From: an uncultured virus (IMG/VR IMGVR_UViG_3300038678_000044) | Lineage: Duplodnaviria; Heunggongvirae; Uroviricota; Caudoviricetes | Reading direction: 5' to 3' (one strand) | IMG/VR virus record: IMGVR_UViG_3300038678_000044 | DNA length: 64,000 nucleotides | Notes under the pieces: model-generated | Told to the model about the DNA's origin: nothing | The model's input: the letters and a program-made list of their open reading frames with translations, nothing else | Database searches by the model: none | Program-made: the position numbers and the translations under genes | Part shown: positions 37,103 through 44,974 of the stretch, piece by piece | Numbering within the stretch: the stretch's first letter is position 1 | Layout of the letters: each line of letters begins with the position of its first letter

Positions 37103-37253
37103 CGTCTTCTTCCTCTGTATCCCTTACGAGGCCAAGGTTCTGGCGTATGTCAGCGATGGTGGCTTTGAAGCCGCCGCGCTTTATAACAACATACGCGGAG
37201 GCGGCGAGGTCGAGCGTGACGTAAATCACAGCGATTGCACAAAAGATTTCCAT
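37083..37253 (-). CDS. Small membrane protein (56 aa)
   Basis: MEIFCAIAVIYVTLDLAASAYVVIKR; AAGGAG RBS and its own promoter. Confidence 0.55.
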   Translation of the reverse strand: MEIFCAIAVIYVTLDLAASAYVVIKRGGFKATIADIRQNLGLVRDTEEEDDVHDRW

Positions 37254-37272
37254 GTCTTACTCCTTGACTGAA

Positions 37273-37315
37273 TGTACCCAGGTGAGACAATAGAGCATTG
37301 ACTACAGGATTGCAA
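37273..37315 (-). promoter_or_regulatory. sigma70-type promoter
   Basis: TTGCAA-17 bp-TATTGT, followed by CCTGGGTACA. Confidence 0.7.
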
Positions 37316-37635
37316 GGACCAGGGTCATTAAAGTAATTAGAGGAATTGTGATTGCAGACAGGATGTCATTCAGAGTGGCAACTGAGGAGTTCAGGAAGCG
37401 TGACTTCGGAATGACCAGGCTGGACACAGCCAGGAAGCTCCTCGATGAATATCTACATCTAAAAGTGGAGGGCATGGCGACCATGCAAGTGATCCCATTG
37501 GGTGATGTGTGCGAGGTCCGATTGCGTTCGGAATGAGACAGGTGAAAGTGTACCGACCATGCAGGTATCATAAGAGCCATCCGACACATCCTCGGTGGGC
37601 CGATTGCGGCTGCCGGGAGACAATGGAGTATGTGC

Positions 37636-38319
37636 GTGAGCGCCCCAGCGGAAGCAATCGAAGTAATCCCAGGCAACACCAGAGGCTGGCCACGAACTAA
37701 ACTGCAACTGGACTTTGCTCTGAACGTAGTTCAAGAGGCAATGAATCCACATGCGGCAATGATCGCTGCTGGCTACGCCAAGAACAGCTCGAAGGTTAGA
37801 TCTCACGAGCTGGCTGCCAATCTTCGACCGTTCATGGCATTTCTCCAGGAGAAAAAGAATGAGGTGGCGGCGATCCACTACGATGCGACGACGACCAGGA
37901 TCCTGCATGAGATGTCAGCGATCGGTCTTCAGAACATCAAGGATTACATCCGAGTCGTGAAGGTGGATAAAGTGCTGCATCTTATCGGTAGGCCGGTAAA
38001 CGAGCTGACTGATTCCCAGGCTTTGGCTGTTGCATCCTGGGAGAGCCATCTGATCCAGACGGATGATGGCCCTGATTTCGATTTCAAATATGTGCTGCAT
38101 GACAAGGCCAGTGCCCTGGTAAACCTGGGTCGGCACCTGGGCATGTTCTCAGAGAAGCTGATGCTGGATCTCAATATGCGTCAGAGCCAGGCGAGATCCC
38201 TGGACTTCAGCGCCTTGCCGCAAGACGAATTGGAGCTTGTCATCAAGACCCTGGAAGGTATTCAGCAGAAAGCCTCGAAGGCCAGAGCAATCGAAGGGGA
38301 ATCGCACCGAGTCGATTGA
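37636..38319 (+). CDS. terS: Terminase small subunit
   Basis: AMIAAGY, ILHEMSAIG and LHDKASALVNLGRHLGMF. GTG start 7 nt after GGAG. Confidence 0.85.
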   Translation: MSAPAEAIEVIPGNTRGWPRTKLQLDFALNVVQEAMNPHAAMIAAGYAKNSSKVRSHELAANLRPFMAFLQEKKNEVAAIHYDATTTRILHEMSAIGLQNIKDYIRVVKVDKVLHLIGRPVNELTDSQALAVASWESHLIQTDDGPDFDFKYVLHDKASALVNLGRHLGMFSEKLMLDLNMRQSQARSLDFSALPQDELELVIKTLEGIQQKASKARAIEGESHRVD

Positions 38320-38376
38320 GATTTCTGCCTTTTTATCGTAGTCTTTCGCTGAGGGTATAGTCATCAAGGAGCAGCC

Positions 38377-38739
38377 GTGAACAGGATGTCACAATGGTTA
38401 GCGATAGCATTTTCAACCTGGTACACCTGGTTGATCTACGTGTCGAATACACCTGCCGGAACTGAGGCGCAGGCTGATCTGGTTCCCTGGATCACCTGGG
38501 GCTTGTTTGCTATCTCGCTTAATTCTATTCGCATGGACGATGAGTTCCTGGTGCATCTTCCGGCCAAGACTCATTGGATCAAGGCTGGTGCAGACATCAA
38601 TATCGTTGCCCAGGTTTTCCTGTTGGTGGTGACAGGCCATTGGATCCTGGCTCTCGTTCGAGGATTCTCTGAAACATTGATTCGATTTCAAGTTGATAAG
38701 GCAAGTGGATGGCTGGGCGTAGGGCTTCCGCGAAGGTAA
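38377..38739 (+). CDS. Membrane protein
   Basis: Three hydrophobic segments. Confidence 0.55.
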   Translation: MNRMSQWLAIAFSTWYTWLIYVSNTPAGTEAQADLVPWITWGLFAISLNSIRMDDEFLVHLPAKTHWIKAGADINIVAQVFLLVVTGHWILALVRGFSETLIRFQVDKASGWLGVGLPRR

Positions 38740-38943
38740 AGTATGAGCGGTGGTTGGCCTGGCGCAAGAAGACAGTCGAGGAGAATTTTCGCGATGTTTG
38801 TACGTGCTACATTGGCAAGCCGTTCGTCTATGGCTCATGCAAAAACTGTGAAATGTGTCCTGGGTGCAAGCAGCGAATTAAAGTCACATACTGGCCAGCT
38901 CACGAGAAATCGTGCCTGGCGTTGAAAGACCTGGAGGGGAAAC

Positions 38944-39246
38944 ATGCCACTCAAAATTGACTGCGGTGACGTAGAGCTTACGCTGAATCTCGTGTTCGGC
39001 GTGAGATACAAGCTGGCCGCGAAGGATGAAGACGAGCAAGCTGAGCGAGCCGCCATGATCGACAAAGCGATGGACATCAAGTCTAACCTGGAGAAGTCAG
39101 TGCTGATTCAGCTTGCTGATCACATTGGTTACGACGAGGAGACGATCGAAGCGAAGATCAATGCCAGGGACGAGAAGAATGCTGGCGAGCAAGCAGCAGA
39201 GAAGCAGGGTAGCGAAGACATGAGGCGTCGTCGGACTGGTCGATGA
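38944..39246 (+). CDS. Hypothetical protein
   Basis: RBS present; coupled. Confidence 0.55.
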   Translation: MPLKIDCGDVELTLNLVFGVRYKLAAKDEDEQAERAAMIDKAMDIKSNLEKSVLIQLADHIGYDEETIEAKINARDEKNAGEQAAEKQGSEDMRRRRTGR

Positions 39247-39611
39247 ACGACAAGAAGGATCGAAGCAACCGAATTATTTTGCCTAACCAGGATGGCGTTG
39301 CCAGCCTGGATATTCGGCGCGTAAAAAAAGAACTCGCAGGGAAGTCAAAGCCTTCTGAGATGAGCGGTTACATGCCTGATGATGTGATTCCAGAAATTGT
39401 GAAGCAACTGAAAGAGATCATCAGCGACGTACAGAAGGGTGAAGTCTCGACCATTTCCGTACTTACCATCATGCCGCAAGTCTATGGCATGGACACTGGT
39501 AAGGCTTTGATGTCAGGGCCTAACAATGAGATGGATAAACTCCATGAGCTGTTTCACATTACATGGAATGAACGATTAGAGGGGGTGCCACCTGATGACG
39601 AAGCTGGCTAA
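39243..39611 (+). CDS. Hypothetical protein
   Basis: Coupled ORF. Confidence 0.55.
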   Translation: MNDKKDRSNRIILPNQDGVASLDIRRVKKELAGKSKPSEMSGYMPDDVIPEIVKQLKEIISDVQKGEVSTISVLTIMPQVYGMDTGKALMSGPNNEMDKLHELFHITWNERLEGVPPDDEAG

Positions 39612-39900
39612 GGTTTTGCTGGCAACAGATCTCCTGGAAGCGATTATGACTGCCAGGAATAATGACTTTGTGAATACCGATTGTCCGAAAGACTTGAAGG
39701 TCGTGAAGGTATTGCAAGGCTTTGATGACCAGGCCAATCATCAAGTGGTCCTGGTTGTGCAAAGCGACGAAGCAGACTGGCCTGACATCAAGTTTAATGG
39801 GCCCGAGGTCGATATACCTTTCGTTGGGCCTTTCCAGTACACTGTCGTCGATCCCGATGAGGATGAGTCGCCGCCAGTGACTGAGGAGATAGCGCCATGA
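39595..39900 (+). CDS. Hypothetical protein
   Basis: Coupled ORF. Confidence 0.55.
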   Translation: MTKLAKVLLATDLLEAIMTARNNDFVNTDCPKDLKVVKVLQGFDDQANHQVVLVVQSDEADWPDIKFNGPEVDIPFVGPFQYTVVDPDEDESPPVTEEIAP

Positions 39901-40091
39901 GTGACGACAGGGGCAAGGGCTTCCAAACGCCAGCGGTTGAGAATCCTCCCTACGAGCCATGCACAGATTTCGAGCCACCGGAGAAAGATCCGGACAGGCT
40001 GCGGAGTAAACTGCCCAGGAAAACCGGGGCACATCCGGCACCGTCGCAAAAGGTTCGCAACTTTCCATCGCAAACGTGAAGCCGGGAGTTA

Positions 40092-40514
40092 ATGATGGCG
40101 AGCAGACAGAACAAAGAAGCAAGGGAGGTTTTATCGTATGGCGCACCATTGGGTCCGCCGACTCCCAGTCCAGATCGTGAAGCGCAACGCAAAAAGAAAT
40201 TGGAGACCAAGCCAACCGATGTAGAGCGGACAAAGCGCATTGCAGAACAAGAAGAAGGTGGCATCGAGGAATCAGCGAGGCGTCGTCGAGAACGACAAAA
40301 TCGTCGCACTGAAGATCCAAAGCCATCTCCATATACGCGAGTCGGTGAAACGACAGGCAAGTCTCCAACTCAGATCTTAGCTGAGCGTCCAGAAGACGTA
40401 GGCAGGGCGATCGATATAGCTGAAGGTGTTGAACCGGCAGAGGAGCCAGTGGTGGTGGCAACCCCAGCAGTGAAGCGTCGTCCACTGAGAGAACGAGACC
40501 AACCAAGACAGTAA
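40092..40514 (+). CDS. Charged low-complexity protein
   Basis: GGGAG RBS; Arg/Glu/Pro-rich. Confidence 0.5.
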   Translation: MMASRQNKEAREVLSYGAPLGPPTPSPDREAQRKKKLETKPTDVERTKRIAEQEEGGIEESARRRRERQNRRTEDPKPSPYTRVGETTGKSPTQILAERPEDVGRAIDIAEGVEPAEEPVVVATPAVKRRPLRERDQPRQ

Positions 40515-40517
40515 GAT

Positions 40518-41219
40518 ATGAAGCTCACCAGGAGAGCGTTTTTTGAGGGATTGGCATGCGCCATGGCCACAGTCGCCATCGCTACGCGCCTGGCTCCCAA
40601 GTTCCTGCCAGATACCCTTCGAGGTGGCACCTGGAGGTACGAACAGGCCACCGAAAAATACTTCTACGGCATCGATACTGCCAAGCCCTGGGATGTTCAA
40701 CTGTTTGAACAAACTGATTTCCATGATCCTGAATCGTGGAAGCTGATGGATCCCAGTGAGCTGATGCAGCGAGCATTCGGTGAGCTGGTCGAGACCGAGA
40801 AACAAATTCAGGTTGGTCCGCGCATTGGTCCGCGCATTGGTCCGCGCATTGGTCCGCGCCTATCTCAGATGAAGAACACAGAGCGGTTATTCGTATGCGC
40901 CGAAGACGAGCGATGGCCCTGGAATAATACCAAGGAGGTCTCGCACCAGACCATTGTTGAAGTCGGCGTCGTTGAAGATAACGATGAAGCGATGCAGGCT
41001 TGCTCAGTTATTGCGATGAGCCAGGGTTTCGCTGCACTTCAAGTCGAAGGTGGCCCTCACATCATCAATGGCGATTATGGCTTTGGGATAAAAGATGCCA
41101 GGCTCGATGATCGTGTACGTACCTACGATCCGATCTTTGAGACTGAGGAGATGGACGTGGACGTTTTTGCTGTGCCGATGATTCACTCGACCAAGGAGGA
41201 ATTGTTCCGGCATGGTTGA
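40518..41219 (+). CDS. Tat-leader protein with weak capsid-like segments
   Basis: LTRRAFF plus h-region. GTWRYEQATEKYFYG resembles capsid GNLRYKARERYSFG. Confidence 0.6.
   Translation: MKLTRRAFFEGLACAMATVAIATRLAPKFLPDTLRGGTWRYEQATEKYFYGIDTAKPWDVQLFEQTDFHDPESWKLMDPSELMQRAFGELVETEKQIQVGPRIGPRIGPRIGPRLSQMKNTERLFVCAEDERWPWNNTKEVSHQTIVEVGVVEDNDEAMQACSVIAMSQGFAALQVEGGPHIINGDYGFGIKDARLDDRVRTYDPIFETEEMDVDVFAVPMIHSTKEELFRHG
40813..40859 (+). repeat. 12-bp tandem repeat, ~4 copies (GPRI)
   Basis: TTGGTCCGCGCA repeated. Confidence 0.95.
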
Positions 41220-41384
41220 ACAGAGGTGGGAGCGTAACGGACGACGCATCCTCGATCTGGAAACTGGAGACGCTGAGGTTTACGACACATTCAATGGGGC
41301 CAAACGGACAAGCCGTGCCCTTCAGATGAAGAACACGAAGGCCCTTGGGCGCGGCGACATGAAATTGAAACGAAGGAGATGGAT

Positions 41385-41975
41385 ATGAAACGATTTATAC
41401 CACTGATTTTGCTAGTATTATCAGCCACTAGCGGGGCTGCTATCGTCAACCTGGAATGGACGAACGCAACGCAAAATGTTGATGGGACACCGATCGTGGC
41501 AGCAGGTCCAGGATCTTTAGCGACGACGAAAATTAACTGGGGCGCTTGCAATCCTGATGACACACCAGCGGAACCGTTGCTCGAAAAATTTGTGCCGACG
41601 ACAGTGCCAGGTGCGAGTGAAACGACAGACATCACGATCTGGACACCTGGTCGATGGTGCTTTCTTGGTTACCATATAAACGTAGGTGATCCTGCCAACA
41701 GCATTGATCCGCAAACATCTGACGCATCGAATCCAGTATTCAAGATGATCATCATGGTGCCGCAGCCACCAGATAACCTGGTGACAGTTGCGATGGTGGC
41801 TTACCAGGTGATCGCTCAGAATAATAAATTTGTGCTACTGCCAGTCGGTGAAGTGCCAGGCGGAACAGCATGCACGGAGACCGAGATGGTCAAGGATCAT
41901 TTCGTTGTGCCGAGAGAAGCGGTTAGCTGGTACGGCGATGTTGAGCCATTAGCAGTCGTAGCGAAATGTGGCTGA
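41385..41975 (+). CDS. Secreted fibronectin-III/Ig-like protein
   Basis: MKRFIPLILLVLSATSGA signal peptide; LEWT..NVDG, PGRWCF and PQPPDNL motifs. Confidence 0.6.
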   Translation: MKRFIPLILLVLSATSGAAIVNLEWTNATQNVDGTPIVAAGPGSLATTKINWGACNPDDTPAEPLLEKFVPTTVPGASETTDITIWTPGRWCFLGYHINVGDPANSIDPQTSDASNPVFKMIIMVPQPPDNLVTVAMVAYQVIAQNNKFVLLPVGEVPGGTACTETEMVKDHFVVPREAVSWYGDVEPLAVVAKCG

Positions 41976-42081
41976 AGTGCATCAAGAAATGGTGGAATCG
42001 CTGGAGAAAAAAGCCACCTGATACCAGGCAGAATCCGAAACCAGCGACTGGCCTGACTGTGGAATTAACGAGGAGCGAACA

Positions 42082-42393
42082 ATGACAATGAGCGCAACGC
42101 TGGGATGGATACTTCCCACAGAGCGAGAAAGCAATAATCCTTTGCCAGAGACTGCGATTAAAGAAAGTATCATATCGCTCAAGGTCACTGGCGCTCCGGA
42201 TTTTACCGAGATGGATCGAGTTCCGTCACCAGGTAATTCGCATCTGCTTCCAGACCTGGCGGATGGGACTTACGCCTGGCAAGTGGAAATTGTCGATCAA
42301 GCAGGGAGGAAGTCCGGACCAGCGGAGCAGACCTTTGTAATCGATGATAGTCCACCGAAACCAGCGACAGGGTTGACCGTCGATCTAAGTTGA
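42082..42393 (+). CDS. Fibronectin-III/Ig-like single-domain protein
   Basis: TLGWILPT..LADGTYAWQV..D.AG..S..PKPATGL. Confidence 0.6.
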   Translation: MTMSATLGWILPTERESNNPLPETAIKESIISLKVTGAPDFTEMDRVPSPGNSHLLPDLADGTYAWQVEIVDQAGRKSGPAEQTFVIDDSPPKPATGLTVDLS

Positions 42394-42620
42394 TGAACAG
42401 ACGGAGGTTTATCAGAGCTTTTGCTGGCGCGGTTGCGACGGTAGCGATCGGCATGCGGATGGCCAGCCCGATGCCGCGCCTGGATTTTAATGAGGAAAAC
42501 GTCGAAGCTATTGCGATCAAGTACAAGGCGACCATGCGAGTCTCTGGCTGGAACAACTATGACTGGCGAGCGGTGTACGGAACGCCGAGTGGGCTGGATG
42601 GTGTCTATGAACAGGCGTGA
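42393..42620 (+). CDS. Tat-leader protein carrying the capsid C-terminal fragment
   Basis: MNRRRFI plus h-region. YKATMRVS..DWRAVYGTPSG resembles capsid YKARERYS..DWRGAYGSPGG. Confidence 0.75.
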   Translation: MNRRRFIRAFAGAVATVAIGMRMASPMPRLDFNEENVEAIAIKYKATMRVSGWNNYDWRAVYGTPSGLDGVYEQA

Positions 42621-42930
42621 TTTCATAGTCAGTGCGCTGGGTGCTGCAACGATGGCAGCCCTGCCTGCGAAGAAAGAAGCAACACTGCTTCACGATGCAG
42701 CGCATCACGAACTCAGCGGTGGATTCGGTCTTGCTACAGTCAAACAGGAAGGCGCGTCCATTGCTTACGATCAGGTGGGTCAGCGGTATGCAAGGGCTCT
42801 TGCCGTGTCGATGAGGCAGACCAGGGAGATTGTCGCCAGGAATGTTTTGGGGAGAGCGTTCGATGACGAAGACGAGACAGAAGACGGATACACGTACCGT
42901 ACATTCAAAGTCAGAAAGATCATCATCTGA
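42607..42930 (+). CDS. Tat-leader protein carrying capsid N-proximal fragments
   Basis: MNRRDFI plus h-region. GFGLATVKQEGASIAYDQ and YARALAVSMRQTRE match capsid aa 52-69 and 102-131. Confidence 0.8.
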   Translation: MNRRDFIVSALGAATMAALPAKKEATLLHDAAHHELSGGFGLATVKQEGASIAYDQVGQRYARALAVSMRQTREIVARNVLGRAFDDEDETEDGYTYRTFKVRKIII

Positions 42931-43129
42931 TGAAATTGAATCCCTTCGAGAGTGTAGTATTTGTGGAGGCCCATTCGATCTCGAAAGGGAAGGTGGGAGC
43001 GAGGGCAATATAGGAATCTTGCCGGTGGCTTTTTGCCCCACTTGCAGGGTAGGGATCCTGGAGTACGCTGAATTTCAGCAGCCAGGATTCGACTGTCCGC
43101 ACTGCGGGGAGTACATCGGAGAGGAGTAG
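42830..43129 (+). CDS. Small zinc-ribbon protein
   Basis: Three CxxC motifs. Start uncertain. Confidence 0.5.
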   Translation: MSPGMFWGERSMTKTRQKTDTRTVHSKSERSSSDEIESLRECSICGGPFDLEREGGSEGNIGILPVAFCPTCRVGILEYAEFQQPGFDCPHCGEYIGEE

Positions 43130-43134
43130 GAGGC

Positions 43135-43329
43135 ATGAAGACCTTCGTTAAAGAAGTGGAGAAGATGGCTGAGCATGAGCTTCGCCGTGAGTTGATAGCC
43201 ACCAGACGAATCATCGATGACATCTATTTGCTGACCAAAGATAGTGAAGCCGGTAGAGCGGAGAGCGCGGAAGGGAAGCAGAACATCATTCATCAGATCG
43301 CGCACTACTGCCACAGGCATATGCCATGA
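43135..43329 (+). CDS. Hypothetical protein
   Basis: GGAGG RBS. Confidence 0.5.
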   Translation: MKTFVKEVEKMAEHELRRELIATRRIIDDIYLLTKDSEAGRAESAEGKQNIIHQIAHYCHRHMP

Positions 43330-43335
43330 AGCACT

Positions 43336-43623
43336 ATGAGTAGGCCAGAGATCGGCAAGATCGTCGAGCTTTCCACACCGTCAGACATCGCTGAGGTGTC
43401 GATCGAAGAAGCCTGTGAGCTTGTCCAGGCTGAAGGCACCGTACCCAGGATCCTCGCGTACAACATCGATGACTACACCAGGTACGGCACTCAGATCGAT
43501 CACCTGGGCTTCAAGTATGGCATCACACCAATGCTGGATTCGTCTTATCAGGATGGCGAGTGGGCTATCCACAATCTGAAGGAAGGCGATGAGCGTGTCA
43601 CCTGCTGGAATCCAGCACCATGA
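43336..43623 (+). CDS. Protein with a capsid-like internal segment, no Tat leader
   Basis: LSTPSDIAEVSIEEA resembles capsid aa 159-173 LATAADLAEASLEQA. Confidence 0.6.
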   Translation: MSRPEIGKIVELSTPSDIAEVSIEEACELVQAEGTVPRILAYNIDDYTRYGTQIDHLGFKYGITPMLDSSYQDGEWAIHNLKEGDERVTCWNPAP

Positions 43624-44060
43624 AGCTGCCATACAGCAGCGCCACGAGTGGCACCAAAGCCCTGGCTGACATCCAGAGGATTCTGCGGCATTTTGGCTGC
43701 AACAAATTCGGCTCGATGGTTGACGATGGGAATGGAGAGCTGATCATTCAGTTTGAGTGGCAGGGACGCATGGTCACCATCAAGTGTTCCTTTCGTGGAT
43801 ATGCTGCTGCCTGGTTGGACGAAAATCCCTGGTCGTCTCGTAGGCTATCAACTGAAATCGAATGGGAGCGCAAGGCCATGGAGATAGGATCGGTCGCGAT
43901 CTATTCAGTAGCCAGAGACTGGATCAAGGGCCAGGTCACAGCAATCGAGACCGGCATCCTGACATTCGATGGCGCATTCCTGGGACAGATCATGCTGCCC
44001 AGTGGGAAGACAGTTTTGGAACACATCCAGAGTGACAAATTATTGGAGGCACCTAAATGA
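43620..44060 (+). CDS. Conserved phage hypothetical protein
   Basis: DWIKGQVTAIETGILTF..AFLGQIMLPSGKTV. Confidence 0.65.
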   Translation: MKLPYSSATSGTKALADIQRILRHFGCNKFGSMVDDGNGELIIQFEWQGRMVTIKCSFRGYAAAWLDENPWSSRRLSTEIEWERKAMEIGSVAIYSVARDWIKGQVTAIETGILTFDGAFLGQIMLPSGKTVLEHIQSDKLLEAPK

Positions 44061-44431
44061 AGAAGCATTTCGTCACGTTCTACAGCCCAGGGACGATGCT
44101 CGCTGAGCAGACCAGGAAGGAGATTAAATCCTGGAACATCGACCTTGCTCTTGAAATGATGAAGGAGATAAAGGAACGGCACGGTGCGACCCCGTTTGGC
44201 TTCCGTTTCTTCACCATGAGACGAGGCTTGCTTGCCTGGGAACCGAAGGAGATCGATGCCAGTGTCATGCACTACGTCAACTGCAAGGTGCAGACATTGG
44301 AGGAGATATGCGCGCATGGCCCAGACATCCTCTGCCAGAATATGAAGACGAACGGCTGGGATAAAGTCGTGACTACTACGCAAGGATGGGAGTGGTCGCA
44401 GCCACTCAGAGAAGGAGATATTGTCCTGTGA
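44057..44431 (+). CDS. Hypothetical protein
   Basis: FVTFYSPG..ERHGATPFGFRF; coupled. Confidence 0.6.
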   Translation: MKKHFVTFYSPGTMLAEQTRKEIKSWNIDLALEMMKEIKERHGATPFGFRFFTMRRGLLAWEPKEIDASVMHYVNCKVQTLEEICAHGPDILCQNMKTNGWDKVVTTTQGWEWSQPLREGDIVL

Positions 44432-44746
44432 GTAGATGGAATCACTTGATGTGCGCGTCCTGCTGGAACGAGCGTCGTGTCACAAAAGCGGTCGAGGGCA
44501 ACGCCGAGTCAGAGTCGTGCTGTTGGTGCGGTAGCGATACGACTTCTGGGATCTGGGTACGCAATGATCCTGAAAAGCTGTCGTGTCATCACTGCGAGTT
44601 CGAGCGGGATGATAAGTACGAGCGGTGTGATGATCTGGCCCCAGTAAAGATTCAGGAAGTCTGGGTCTGTACTCGACACATCCAGTGGGCCATGGATCTG
44701 GCGTTCAAGCCAGTGAAGGATGCAATGAAGATATAGGAGTAAGACC

Positions 44747-44974
44747 ATGAGAAGATTGAAAAGATGTAGCCTGTGCCCCCGCACAGAGAAAACTCATAAG
44801 ATCTCAAACGAGGGAGTTTGTGCGACCTGTGATGTAGCTTTGATCTACTGGAATAAGAAGACCACGACCCAGAAGATGAGGCGAGCCAGGGCCCTCGATA
44901 GCTTCCAGGCCAGAATGTCGATCAGTCTTGGTAGCATGCGAACCATCCAGGTCAAGAAGCGACGACGCGCATGA
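44747..44974 (+). CDS. Small Cys-rich basic protein
   Basis: Two CxxC motifs; RBS. Confidence 0.5.
   Translation: MRRLKRCSLCPRTEKTHKISNEGVCATCDVALIYWNKKTTTQKMRRARALDSFQARMSISLGSMRTIQVKKRRRA

Noticed and set aside
39559..40506. 315-aa minus-strand ORF
   Set aside because: Antisense to a run of coupled plus-strand genes, with unprotein-like composition.
40813..40859. CRISPR-like array
   Set aside because: Direct tandem 12-mers without spacers, lying in frame in a CDS.
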